Positions 38,236-51,962 of a stretch of 64,000 nucleotides of DNA are shown here, piece by piece. Position 1 is the first letter of the stretch. Each line of letters opens with the position of its first letter. The DNA comes from Ancylonema sp. (lineage: Eukaryota). The notes beneath the pieces are model-generated. The model had not been told where the DNA came from. It was given only the letters and a program-made list of their open reading frames with translations, and searched no databases. The translations under genes and the position numbers were made by a program. The stretch covers positions 1-64,000 of the forward strand of contig JBFLGF010000065.1 of NCBI GenBank assembly GCA_050230475.1. The letters are read 5' to 3'.

Positions 38236-41200
38236 CAAAATCTCAAAATTCCAAATTTTCAAAAGGAAATTAAAAATCTGATATGTTTTTTGGCCTCCCT
38301 GGCCATATGTTGCAGACCGATTATTCTGACAGCTGACAGCGCCATCTGGCGGAATGCTGACCTGGCGCTGCAGTTTGTAGCTGTACAGCTTGTTGTGGGT
38401 CGGGTGGTGCCTCAGGTGCCCCGTCAGGTGGCCCTCGCTACACCCCCCCCCAACCCTACCCAGGTGATTCCAACAGTACCCAGGCGGGTCTGTCGCTCGC
38501 CCCTGTCTCAAGACTCTGTTCTCCACCACCCCCCTGGGGTTTCCCTTGTTTCCCTCCGTTTTCCTAGGGTTTCTGAGGGTTTTTTAGGGTTTAAGGGCCT
38601 CACTTGTCGCACACGTCAGCGGAGCAGGTGAGGCAGCGTGCGAGATTGGAGGGGCGGTGGCAGAGTGTACAGCTGGCAGTGCCTGATTGGGCCTGAATCG
38701 CTTTGCACCTGCCACCCGCAGAGGATGGATGGGTGTGTGTCTATGTGACAATGTGCCTATATGACTATGTGCCTATATGACCATGTGACTGTGTGACTGC
38801 GTGACTATATGAAATCCTGATTAAATGCGTTTGTATTGAATGAGTACATAACTATGTGCCGAAGTATTGGGAAGCTACATGTTTACATGACTAGATGCGT
38901 GAGTATTGAATGGCTGTATGACCACTGGAATATATGCCTAAGGGTAGAATCACTACACGACTGCACGACCGTATGCCTCAGTATTGGATCGCTACCGTCT
39001 GCCATCCCTCCTCTCCCTCTGAGCTACAGACTAATGTGCAGCAGTCTCGAATGTTGCTCCAGCTGGCAGCCACTCGCTCACTTTTTGAAAAGAACTTTGA
39101 GTTCGGTGGAGTAGGGGGAGGACATCACCCGACCCTCTCTGTCGCGGGGTAAGGAGATCTGAACCCCAAACCCACACCCAAAAAGTAAAGTTGGTTAAAT
39201 TTTGAAGGAGCATACACAGGATTTGGGTGCAAGCACACACAGAGGGCTTAGATCGTAAAAAAATCAGTTTCTGAAATCAGAAAATACACCCAATTTCAAA
39301 AAAACCCCCCATAGAGTTTGGTACCTGCCCCCCCCCCCTCTTCAGAAAATGTTATGTCATTTCAGCAGCAAAAAACCCTACTGACGGGTGGGAAGATATC
39401 AGGAGAGAGGGGCACTCCACCTTACATCGAGTCATATCAGAAGAAGGAGGCATGTTAGATCGAGTCATATCAGAAGAAAGGGGTGCTTTATATCGAGTCA
39501 TATCAAGAGAGGGGTACCTTATATCGAGTTGGGTCTGCTGGTGAGGGGGCGGCCAGTCCCAGGGAAGCCACACAGTCATCGGCAAAGTGACCCGGGCGGC
39601 CGCATTTCCAGCTGGGAGGAAAATTACAAAACTCATCACTTTTTATAGAACCACACGAAGGGACACGAAACACTCACCAGAGCTTATTACTTATAAGTTG
39701 TTATGACAAAAACCACCGGACTGTCACTATTTATTAAATGTGGTGAGTTCGATTGTCACACCCTGCTGACTGTGAACCCGTTGTTTTGAACCCAAAACCT
39801 TTGACCGGGTGCCGCATGCTTTAGGTCAGAGTTGGCTTCTGACTGACAACCATAATTTCGGAAAAACCGTTCTGGATTTGCACGTATGGGTAACGGACGC
39901 GGGCCTACATGTAGGTTGAATATGAAAGAGTTAGTAGCATATTTGGGCGAATTGCCTTGCCAGATGAGGTCAGAGAAATGGTGTGGCTGCAACCATGTGT
40001 GACAGGCAAAATAGGCAAAATAGGCAAATTAGGCAAAATAGGCAAAATAGGCAAAATAGGCAAAATAGGCAAAATAGGCAGAATAGGCAAAATAGGCAGA
40101 ATAGGCAGAATAGGCAGAATAGGCAGAATAGGCAGAATAGGCAGAATAGGCAAAATAGGCAAAATAGGCAAAATTGGCAAAATTGGCAAAATTGGCAAAC
40201 GAGGAAAAATAGGCAAAATAGGCAAACGAGGCAAACGAGGAAAAATAGGCAAAATAGGTAAACGAGGCATATATCAGAAAACCAAAAAGTTTTTTTTGTT
40301 TTTCGAAACACATACTGTCTGTTGCCTTTTAGAAATCCTCCGCCCCGTCCTCTCTAACCTTATCGGACGTACTTTTTCTTTCAATTGACATACGTGGTGT
40401 GTACGTCTGTATCTTCATATGAAGTATGAATATGTATATGAACGTGTACGTGTGCATTTATATGTTTAAGTATGTGTGTATAAATGTGCATATGGATATT
40501 TTTGTACATGTATGTGCATATGTACATACATGTGTATGTATGTGTATACATAATGAGTGTACATAAATCTATGAGTAATAACATACAGGCATATGCATAA
40601 GTGTATAAGTATACATATGAGTATACATATAAGTACGTACGTATGTATGTGAGAATACATGTGTGTACACCCGAATTAATAATTCATTGATATAGGGGGG
40701 GGGGGGGGGGGAGGCAGGATGTACCACTTGTACGTGGAGAGACTGGTCCCCCTATGCTCCCACCGGCTCTTATCGGAGCGCCACCTGTCGGGTTCTGATT
40801 CGGGGAGGGACAAGCTGCCTCTGGGCGGCAGGAGCGCCAGGAAGCTGCCATCTGGCGCTGTGGCGTGTGACACACGTGGCAGCAGCTTATTGGATGTCTC
40901 TTTCGTCTCTGTTGCTCGCAGGAGGACCTGAAAGGAGGGAATGAGTTACGGGGAGGTTCTGATGGGGTGGCGTGAATCGAAATAGATTGATCAGAAATTG
41001 ATTGAAATCGGATCGTTTTTCCTCTGTCGCTGCTGTCGTACCTGACTGAGCTAACACCTGTCCTCCCTTCCAACCTCTTAGTTTTTGTTTTCTTTTCAAT
41101 ATGAATAACAGATGTGATTTAGTATTCGATGTGTGGCATTGCAGCATCGCACCATCGCAGCTCTCGTTTTCTTCAAAGCTTACAACAGAGATACTTCCTA

Positions 41201-42044
41201 CTACCCCTTCCTTCCACCACTCCCGTCTCTCTTCCTTCTCACCTCTTCCTCGCTTCCTTCCTCCCCTCCCCCCCCCCTCTTGCTCTCCTCCCCGCACTCC
41301 CAGCTGCACACATCCGCATCCGTCTGCAATCCCCCATCCCCTCCAAACCCCTCCCCCATTCATCGACCAGCACCGGGGACCTGCTACCATAAACAAGTGA
41401 GAACAAAACGAATCGAAAAGCGGGAGGTAACGCACGTAGCCGCTTCCAGTTTTCCGCGCCAAAGACCGTACACGGAGTGTTTGGAGTCGATCTGTATCTG
41501 GAAGGTTCCTCACCCACCCACCTGGTCGCATATGTAGGCTCCGTAGCGGCCGCAGACAGAGCATGTGGGCTCGCCCGGAACGGCGAACCGCTGATGGGAC
41601 CCCCACCTCACGATGTCGGATGCCTGGGAGCGTGAGGGGGGGGGGTATTGAACGATATCAACTTCTCATTCACTTCTTTTCTGCATTCGTTTCGGATCTC
41701 CTTCTAGAGTTGTGGGGTGACAATTTAGGATTCACTTTCTATCGTTTTTTCATACTTGGATCGGGAAAGTAGGAAACTAGGAACTGCTTTTGTGACTTTT
41801 AGATTGGGAATTGGAGTTTACTCTACTGGTTTCAGATTCATGCTTTCCTCGGTTTTGGCAATCGATGGGTATCTTTTGAGGTGTTGAACCATGTCATCTG
41901 GCGGAGGATGACTAAGAAGTAAAAGGAATCGGATATTTATTCATAAATATTGATATATAACACGTTTGGATGAAGTTATCAGGAGACTTTGTGAGATGAT
42001 AGTTTATAAAAACATGACATATATATCTATAATACATATGATAC

Positions 42045-42085
<41 letters not shown>

Positions 42086-43469
42086 TAAACATTATACATT
42101 CTACATATAATATGTATTTCATGCGATGTATAATTTCTACATAATACATTTTATTTTTTTAATAATGATTATTATTAATATAATATGTATAATATAATGT
42201 ACAACATAATATATATATATATGTATATATAATTATATATTATTATTATATATATATATATACATATATATAATTTAATATGTACGATGTGTACGATGTG
42301 TATGATACATATGATATATCTGCCTTATTTAACAGCTCAATTTTGACCCCCCTACACGGGCTGAGGCTTTACAAAATCCAGTCGTGACATTAGCTTACCG
42401 GTTCCCCACTCTCTCCCACCCTGCCACCTGTCACCTCTGCCAGCACAGCAGCACCATCAGGCTCCGTCAGTGCCCTCGATCCCTCACCCCCCTCATACCC
42501 ATACCGACCCTCCCTATCCGCCCCCTCTGCTTCCCCCACCCAAGTCTCGATGCAAACAGGACTACCGCTCCCCCCCTCCTCTCCTCCTCTCTGCCCATTT
42601 CCCCCCTCCCTGCCCCCCTCCAAATTCTTCATCGAAGTTTCTCTGTCAGAGTGAAGAGCCTCATCCTCCTTCACCTCCTCCTCCTCCTCCTCCTCCTCCT
42701 CCTCCTCCCCGTAGGTTAAGCCAAGAGGATTGGGGGAGGAGGGTGGTGGGTTGTATGCGTGGAAGCCGAGGACAGAGGAGAGCTGCACGGGGACAGGTGG
42801 CAAGGCCTGAGTGGGTCTCATTCGAAGGTGACGCATTTCGGCATCAACTTTTTAGATACAGGGAAGGGATTTGGAGCATGCGCATATGTGCGTGTGGCTC
42901 GGAATGAAGTCGTGGATGAATGAGGTGATGACACGTGTCAGTGACTCCTATAGGTCCCTTATGGTAGGAGTGAGTCATCAGAAGAGCTTACGTGGAACCT
43001 GCACCATAACCTAAACCTGCATATAGGCACACCACAGCCAGTGTATGTGGACGAGGGATGCGTCAGGTGGGGGGGGCTTACTGACGCATAAGCTGGGGAT
43101 GCAGGCTGTGGGGGTTGGGACGGGTCTTGGGTGCTCAGCCTCTGTCTCTTGTTTGGCGTGGAGGAACTGCGCAGAGAGTGATGATTCACAGAGCAGGTGG
43201 ACAGCTTGGGTGAGGGCGAGTGCGAGTGGGGACTGAGACCGAAATGAGGATGATGCCGGGGAGTTGTCACCAGGTTGCTGACTGAAATACCACACAATAT
43301 TGACAACCAAATATATGTATATATATACACACACACACATATATATATACACATGTATATATACACATATATGTACATACATATATACATACATATATAA
43401 ATATATATATACACACATATATATATACACATATATATCTACACATATATACATACATATATTATCTAT

Positions 43470-43505
<36 letters not shown>

Positions 43506-46500
43506 ATATATGTAGATATGTATATATATATTTATAAACTAATGTACGCTAATAAAAATTATACAACTAAAAATAAAAATTTGATTCCCAACAGTATGAA
43601 GTCTGCCGCTATGTGGAACGATGACGTCTAACTTCTGGCCAGAGTGCCTCACCCACCGCTGCTCGAGTCGTTTCAAGGGACCAATGCAGGATGATGGAGC
43701 AGGGGGGCGCCACTTGGCGTTGCCAGAGGCATCTGCTGTGCCACCTGAAAAAAAAATCTTACGCACAAAACTTGAAGGATCTTGCCTTCCCACACACACT
43801 GATAATGGTTGGCCACTTACTTACAGCAGTTGATCTATGATTCTATTCACAGAGGTAATGTCGGTTTGAGTTGCCTAAAAGTACATGTAGGCAGATTTTT
43901 TCTCATGTTTTCGTATATTTAGGGTTTTCCTAGTGGATTTTGCTGTGCATCATATACGGCCTACGGTTTCAGAAATTCCAGAACGAAAAAAATATGGTTC
44001 CAAATACAGTTACTGGGCCCAACTGAACCCCAATATGGTTACAGTGCCTGTAAGAAGATGGGAGTCCTTAATAGATATAGCGATGAGTGACTGCATTCGT
44101 TACCTTGTATCGAACTGCGCCCATCCTCTGATGCTGGTTGCGTCAGACCGGTTGCCGCANAGCTCCAGCTGGCAGCCACTCGCTCACTTTTTGAAAAGAA
44201 CTTTGAGTTCGGTGGAGTAGGGGGAGGACATCACCCGACCCTCTCTGTCGCGGGGTAAGGAGATCTGAACCCCAAACCCACACCCAAAAAGTAAAGTTGG
44301 TTAAATTTTGAAGGAGCATACACAGGATTTGGGTGCAAGCACACACAGAGGGCTTAGATCGTAAAAAAATCAGTTTCTGAAATCAGAAAATACACCCAAT
44401 TTCAAAAAAACCCCCCATAGAGTTTGGTACCTGCCCCCCCCCCCTCTTCAGAAAATGTTATGTCATTTCAGCAGCAAAAAACCCTACTGACGGGTGGGAA
44501 GATATCAGGAGAGAGGGGCACTCCACCTTACATCGAGTCATATCAGAAGAAGGAGGCATGTTAGATCGAGTCATATCAGAAGAAAGGGGTGCTTTATATC
44601 GAGTCATATCAAGAGAGGGGTACCTTATATCGAGTTGGGTCTGCTGGTGAGGGGGCTCCCTCTATAATTCCCAATCATTCTCTCTATTCTCTCTATTCTC
44701 TCTACTCTCTCTATTCTCTCTATTCTCTCAGACAAAACCCGATCCCCAGCGCATATCCACAACATTAGCTCCCCAATCCCTTCTCATTCGGACACCGACA
44801 CCTAATTAAACCTTCCCCTCCCTCCCCATTCCTCCCTCCTCCCCCCCCCCCCCCACCCTCCCCAGCCCCTTCCCCCCACCACGTGGCCTTGACGAGGCAG
44901 TAGTGCTTGTCGAACGCGGCGCTGAGGCAGTGGGGACAGGCCAGCAGGGCGTACACGTCATCCTCCTCACACCCGGGGGTGCTACACCGCACCTAAAACC
45001 CAAAACCCGCAGATGTCAAACCCCCAAAATCTCAAAATTCCAAATTTTCAAAAGGAAATTAAAAATCTGATATGTTTTTTGGCCTCCCTGGCCATATGTT
45101 GCAGACCGATTATTCTGACAGCTGACAGCGCCATCTGGCGGAATGCTGACCTGGCGCTGCAGTTTGTAGCTGTACAGCTTGTTGTGGGTCGGGTGGTGCC
45201 TCAGGTGCCCCGTCAGGTGGCCCTCGCTACACCCCCCCCCAACCCTACCCAGGTGATTCCAACAGTACCCAGGCGGGTCTGTCGCTCGCCCCTGTCTCAA
45301 GACTCTGTTCTCCACCACCCCCCTGGGGTTTCCCTTGTTTCCCTCCGTTTTCCTAGGGTTTCTGAGGGTTTTTTAGGGTTTAAGGGCCTCACTTGTCGCA
45401 CACGTCAGCGGAGCAGGTGAGGCAGCGTGCGAGATTGGAGGGGCGGTGGCAGAGTGTACAGCTGGCAGTGCCTGATTGGGCCTGAATCGCTTTGCACCTG
45501 CCACCCGCAGAGGATGGATGGGTGTGTGTCTATGTGACAATGTGCCTATATGACTATGTGCCTATATGACCATGTGACTGTGTGACTGCGTGACTATATG
45601 AAATCCTGATTAAATGCGTTTGTATTGAATGAGTACATAACTATGTGCCGAAGTATTGGGAAGCTACATGTTTACATGACTAGATGCGTGAGTATTGAAT
45701 GGCTGTATGACCACTGGAATATATGCCTAAGGGTAGAATCACTACACGACTGCACGACCGTATGCCTCAGTATTGGATCGCTACCGTCTGCCATCCCTCC
45801 TCTCCCTCTGAGCTACAGACTAATGTGCAGCAGTCTCGAATGTTGCTCCAGCTGGCAGCCACTCGCTCACTTTTTGAAAAGAACTTTGAGTTCGGTGGAG
45901 TAGGGGGAGGACATCACCCGACCCTCTCTGTCGCGGGGTAAGGAGATCTGAACCCCAAACCCACACCCAAAAAGTAAAGTTGGTTAAATTTTGAAGGAGC
46001 ATACACAGGATTTGGGTGCAAGCACACACAGAGGGCTTAGATCGTAAAAAAATCAGTTTCTGAAATCAGAAAATACACCCAATTTCAAAAAAACCCCCCA
46101 TAGAGTTTGGTACCTGCCCCCCCCCCCTCTTCAGAAAATGTTATGTCATTTCAGCAGCAAAAAACCCTACTGACGGGTGGGAAGATATCAGGAGAGAGGG
46201 GCACTCCACCTTACATCGAGTCATATCAGAAGAAGGAGGCATGTTAGATCGAGTCATATCAGAAGAAAGGGGTGCTTTATATCGAGTCATATCAAGAGAG
46301 GGGTACCTTATATCGAGTTGGGTCTGCTGGTGAGGGGGCGGCCAGTCCCAGGGAAGCCACACAGTCATCGGCAAAGTGACCCGGGCGGCCGCATTTCCAG
46401 CTGGGAGGAAAATTACAAAACTCATCACTTTTTATAGAACCACACGAAGGGACACGAAACACTCACCAGAGCTTATTACTTATAAGTTGTTATGACAAAA

Positions 46501-48844
46501 ACCACCGGACTGTCACTATTTATTAAATGTGGTGAGTTCGATTGTCACACCCTGCTGACTGTGAACCCGTTGTTTTGAACCCAAAACCTTTGACCGGGTG
46601 CCGCATGCTTTAGGTCAGAGTTGGCTTCTGACTGACAACCATAATTTCGGAAAAACCGTTCTGGATTTGCACGTATGGGTAACGGACGCGGGCCTACATG
46701 TAGGTTGAATATGAAAGAGTTAGTAGCATATTTGGGCGAATTGCCTTGCCAGATGAGGTCAGAGAAATGGTGTGGCTGCAACCATGTGTGACAGGCAAAA
46801 TAGGCAAAATAGGCAAATTAGGCAAAATAGGCAAAATAGGCAAAATAGGCAAAATAGGCAAAATAGGCAGAATAGGCAAAATAGGCAGAATAGGCAGAAT
46901 AGGCAGAATAGGCAGAATAGGCAGAATAGGCAGAATAGGCAAAATAGGCAAAATAGGCAAAATTGGCAAAATTGGCAAAATTGGCAAACGAGGAAAAATA
47001 GGCAAAATAGGCAAACGAGGCAAACGAGGAAAAATAGGCAAAATAGGTAAACGAGGCATATATCAGAAAACCAAAAAGTTTTTTTTGTTTTTCGAAACAC
47101 ATACTGTCTGTTGCCTTTTAGAAATCCTCCGCCCCGTCCTCTCTAACCTTATCGGACGTACTTTTTCTTTCAATTGACATACGTGGTGTGTACGTCTGTA
47201 TCTTCATATGAAGTATGAATATGTATATGAACGTGTACGTGTGCATTTATATGTTTAAGTATGTGTGTATAAATGTGCATATGGATATTTTTGTACATGT
47301 ATGTGCATATGTACATACATGTGTATGTATGTGTATACATAATGAGTGTACATAAATCTATGAGTAATAACATACAGGCATATGCATAAGTGTATAAGTA
47401 TACATATGAGTATACATATAAGTACGTACGTATGTATGTGAGAATACATGTGTGTACACCCGAATTAATAATTCATTGATATAGGGGGGGGGGGGGGGGG
47501 AGGCAGGATGTACCACTTGTACGTGGAGAGACTGGTCCCCCTATGCTCCCACCGGCTCTTATCGGAGCGCCACCTGTCGGGTTCTGATTCGGGGAGGGAC
47601 AAGCTGCCTCTGGGCGGCAGGAGCGCCAGGAAGCTGCCATCTGGCGCTGTGGCGTGTGACACACGTGGCAGCAGCTTATTGGATGTCTCTTTCGTCTCTG
47701 TTGCTCGCAGGAGGACCTGAAAGGAGGGAATGAGTTACGGGGAGGTTCTGATGGGGTGGCGTGAATCGAAATAGATTGATCAGAAATTGATTGAAATCGG
47801 ATCGTTTTTCCTCTGTCGCTGCTGTCGTACCTGACTGAGCTAACACCTGTCCTCCCTTCCAACCTCTTAGTTTTTGTTTTCTTTTCAATATGAATAACAG
47901 ATGTGATTTAGTATTCGATGTGTGGCATTGCAGCATCGCACCATCGCAGCTCTCGTTTTCTTCAAAGCTTACAACAGAGATACTTCCTACTACCCCTTCC
48001 TTCCACCACTCCCGTCTCTCTTCCTTCTCACCTCTTCCTCGCTTCCTTCCTCCCCTCCCCCCCCCCTCTTGCTCTCCTCCCCGCACTCCCAGCTGCACAC
48101 ATCCGCATCCGTCTGCAATCCCCCATCCCCTCCAAACCCCTCCCCCATTCATCGACCAGCACCGGGGACCTGCTACCATAAACAAGTGAGAACAAAACGA
48201 ATCGAAAAGCGGGAGGTAACGCACGTAGCCGCTTCCAGTTTTCCGCGCCAAAGACCGTACACGGAGTGTTTGGAGTCGATCTGTATCTGGAAGGTTCCTG
48301 GAAGGTTCCTCACCCACCCACCTGGTCGCATATGTAGGCTCCGTAGCGGCCGCAGACAGAGCATGTGGGCTCGCCCGGAACGGCGAACCGCTGATGGGAC
48401 CCCCACCTCACGATGTCGGATGCCTGGGAGCGTGAGGGGGGGGGGTATTGAACGATATCAACTTCTCATTCACTTCTTTTCTGCATTCGTTTCGGATCTC
48501 CTTCTAGAGTTGTGGGGTGACAATTTAGGATTCACTTTCTATCGTTTTTTCATACTTGGATCGGGAAAGTAGGAAACTAGGAACTGCTTTTGTGACTTTT
48601 AGATTGGGAATTGGAGTTTACTCTACTGGTTTCAGATTCATGCTTTCCTCGGTTTTGGCAATCGATGGGTATCTTTTGAGGTGTTGAACCATGTCATCTG
48701 GCGGAGGATGACTAAGAAGTAAAAGGAATCGGATATTTATTCATAAATATTGATATATAACACGTTTGGATGAAGTTATCAGGAGACTTTGTGAGATGAT
48801 AGTTTATAAAAACATGACATATATATCTATAATACATATGATAC

Positions 48845-48885
<41 letters not shown>

Positions 48886-51241
48886 TAAACATTATACATT
48901 CTACATATAATATGTATTTCATGCGATGTATAATTTCTACATAATACATTTTATTTTTTTAATAATGATTATTATTAATATAATATGTATAATATAATGT
49001 ACAACATAATATATATATATGTATATATAATTATATATTATTATTATATATATATATATACATATATATAATTTAATATGTACGATGTGTACGATGTGTA
49101 TGATACATATGATATATCTGCCTTATTTAACAGCTCAATTTTGACCCCCCTACACGGGCTGAGGCTTTACAAAATCCAGTCGTGACATTAGCTTACCGGT
49201 TCCCCACTCTCTCCCACCCTGCCACCTGTCACCTCTGCCAGCACAGCAGCACCATCAGGCTCCGTCAGTGCCCTCGATCCCTCACCCCCCTCATACCCAT
49301 ACCGACCCTCCCTATCCGCCCCCTCTGCTTCCCCCACCCAAGTCTCGATGCAAACAGGACTACCGCTCCCCCCCTCCTCTCCTCCTCTCTGCCCATTTCC
49401 CCCCTCCCTGCCCCCCTCCAAATTCTTCATCGAAGTTTCTCTGTCAGAGTGAAGAGCCTCATCCTCCTTCACCTCCTCCTCCTCCTCCTCCTCCTCCTCC
49501 TCCTCCCCGTAGGTTAAGCCAAGAGGATTGGGGGAGGAGGGTGGTGGGTTGTATGCGTGGAAGCCGAGGACAGAGGAGAGCTGCACGGGGACAGGTGGCA
49601 AGGCCTGAGTGGGTCTCATTCGAAGGTGACGCATTTCGGCATCAACTTTTTAGATACAGGGAAGGGATTTGGAGCATGCGCATATGTGCGTGTGGCTCGG
49701 AATGAAGTCGTGGATGAATGAGGTGATGACACGTGTCAGTGACTCCTATAGGTCCCTTATGGTAGGAGTGAGTCATCAGAAGAGCTTACGTGGAACCTGC
49801 ACCATAACCTAAACCTGCATATAGGCACACCACAGCCAGTGTATGTGGACGAGGGATGCGTCAGGTGGGGGGGGCTTACTGACGCATAAGCTGGGGATGC
49901 AGGCTGTGGGGGTTGGGACGGGTCTTGGGTGCTCAGCCTCTGTCTCTTGTTTGGCGTGGAGGAACTGCGCAGAGAGTGATGATTCACAGAGCAGGTGGAC
50001 AGCTTGGGTGAGGGCGAGTGCGAGTGGGGACTGAGACCGAAATGAGGATGATGCCGGGGAGTTGTCACCAGGTTGCTGACTGAAATACCACACAATATTG
50101 ACAACCAAATATATGTATATATATACACACACACACATATATATATACACATGTATATATACACATATATGTACATACATATATACATACATATATAAAT
50201 ATATATATACACACATATATATATACACATATATATCTACACATATATACATACATATATTATCTATAGAGATATATATATATATATATATATATGTGTA
50301 TATATGTAGATATGTATATATATATTTATAAACTAATGTACGCTAATAAAAATTATACAACTAAAAATAAAAATTTGATTCCCAACAGTATGAAGTCTGC
50401 CGCTATGTGGAACGATGACGTCTAACTTCTGGCCAGAGTGCCTCACCCACCGCTGCTCGAGTCGTTTCAAGGGACCAATGCAGGATGATGGAGCAGGGGG
50501 GCGCCACTTGGCGTTGCCAGAGGCATCTGCTGTGCCACCTGAAAAAAAAATCTTACGCACAAAACTTGAAGGATCTTGCCTTCCCACACACACTGATAAT
50601 GGTTGGCCACTTACTTACAGCAGTTGATCTATGATTCTATTCACAGAGGTAATGTCGGTTTGAGTTGCCTAAAAGTACATGTAGGCAGATTTTTTCTCAT
50701 GTTTTCGTATATTTAGGGTTTTCCTAGTGGATTTTGCTGTGCATCATATACGGCCTACGGTTTCAGAAATTCCAGAACGAAAAAAATATGGTTCCAAATA
50801 CAGTTACTGGGCCCAACTGAACCCCAATATGGTTACAGTGCCTGTAAGAAGATGGGAGTCCTTAATAGATATAGCGATGAGTGACTGCATTCGTTACCTT
50901 GTATCGAACTGCGCCCATCCTCTGATGCTGGTTGCGTCAGACCGGTTGCCGCATTGTAGGCTGCAAACGCATCGCAAGAGATGCCCAGTTCCCCAGATCA
51001 GAAACAATGTTACCTGCTCCTACACTTACGAACTACCGTACAAACACCGTGCGACGTATTTCCATACCGTACCGAACCGTACTGAACACCCTCCAGCATT
51101 ATGAATGAGGTGCCATGGTGCAGAAAAGGAGAGAGGCAGCCAGTGCCTCCTCTCACCGCGAAGGTTGTCCAGAATCGAGTTCTAGCTCAGGTCGCGGGCG
51201 TAATTGTAAGCCGGAGATTTGTACGGGTCACGCCTAGCCAT
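37016..51241 (-). CDS. zf-HIT + CCHC zinc knuckle + Cys/His-rich C-terminal protein (plant-conserved); internal exons duplicated in the assembly; in-frame TAG in exon 1
   Basis: Exon 1 51241-51157 [27 protein letters not shown], then AYNAATG. HIT finger [34 protein letters not shown]. Knuckle [15 protein letters not shown]-terminus [16 protein letters not shown]...[13 protein letters not shown]...CPHC...[13 protein letters not shown]...LSEFLF* (TAG 37016-37018; duplicate at 34632-34634). Confidence 0.8.
40003..40268. repeat. (AGGCAAAAT/AGGCAGAAT)n 9-mer minisatellite in intron (copy at ~46792-47057)
   Basis: About 29 tandem 9-mers with block-wise variants. Confidence 0.95.
44162..50953 (+). 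repeat. Redundant copies: 44162-44656 = 39056-39550, and 44657-50953 = 37710-44159
   Basis: Direct identity after the n at 44160. Differences seen: a 158-bp deletion at ~45024, an 11-bp duplication at ~48289-48310 and microsatellite length changes. Confidence 0.95.
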
Positions 51242-51394
51242 TCCACCTTCTCTCCAGCCTCCCGGCAATCTCTAAGTAAGAGGTCACGGCTGAGGAAAGT
51301 AAATGTCATTAGGAGCACCTCGAAGCGTCATTGACCATAGGGGAGGTTGACTCCAGCGCCATGGATCACGCACGACACCTAAATTGAAAGCGTC

Positions 51395-51400
51395 AAAAAA
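51395..51400 (-). terminator. Pol III terminator (T6) of tRNA-Ser
   Basis: TTTTTT 2 nt after the tRNA 3' end on the minus strand. Confidence 0.8.
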
Positions 51401-51402
51401 TT

Positions 51403-51525
51403 CGTCGCCTGCAGGATTCGAACCTGCGCGCCCAGAAGGCACTGCCTGACAACTTTGTGTCATATCAACTGGTAAATGACACCCGGAGTAGCAGGGCAGC
51501 GCGATAACCACTCCGCCAAAGCGAC
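51403..51525 (-). tRNA. tRNA-Ser(GCT) with a 41-nt intron (51448-51488)
   Basis: GTCGCTT/AGGCGAC acceptor stem with G discriminator, A box TGGCGGAGTGGT, anticodon arm CTGCC-CTGCTA^A-GGCAG, long variable arm, B box GGTTCGAATCC. Mature length 82 nt. CAA just upstream and a T run just downstream. Confidence 0.92.
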
Positions 51526-51962
51526 GGTTGTGTAAGTGTATGATATTATGTAAATATATTGTTAAAAATTTATTACCAAAACAAAAAAACAATTGATTAT
51601 CCTCACCTTTTCTACCCCTCCGTTGAGGAAATGGTGTATTATTCCCTCATACCCTTCTTTCGATCCTTACATATTTCTGGCTTGCTCAGCTGTACGTCGA
51701 TTACGCGTACATATTGGACCCACAATCCATCTTCCATCTTCCCATCGGTTGACTAGCATTTATTGCTGATATGCCGACATGCTGTAGCGATATGAAGTAC
51801 CATTGCTTTTTCAGTACAAATCAGTTTTCCGTGGGAATGCATATTCAAAGATTCACCGGTCCGTGATGTTGTCCTACTTAATTTACCCGCATCCTCGTTG
51901 CGGTGCCGAAAGTAGAAGTAGCAGCTGTCCCCTATTGCCGTGCGCCCACTGCTCCCTCTAGA

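Noticed and set aside
39420..39532. CRISPR-like array (ATCGAGTCATATCA repeats with spacers)
   Set aside because: Spacers are short and related to each other, the context is a eukaryotic intron, and no cas genes are present. It is a minisatellite.
39905..40388. Collagen-like (GKI)n / (LPI)n / (QNR)n ORFs
   Set aside because: These are translations of an intronic 9-mer minisatellite that is open in several frames.
51403..51525. Suppressor tRNA explaining the adjacent TAG
   Set aside because: With the canonical intron position the anticodon is GCT (Ser AGC/AGU), not CTA or TTA.
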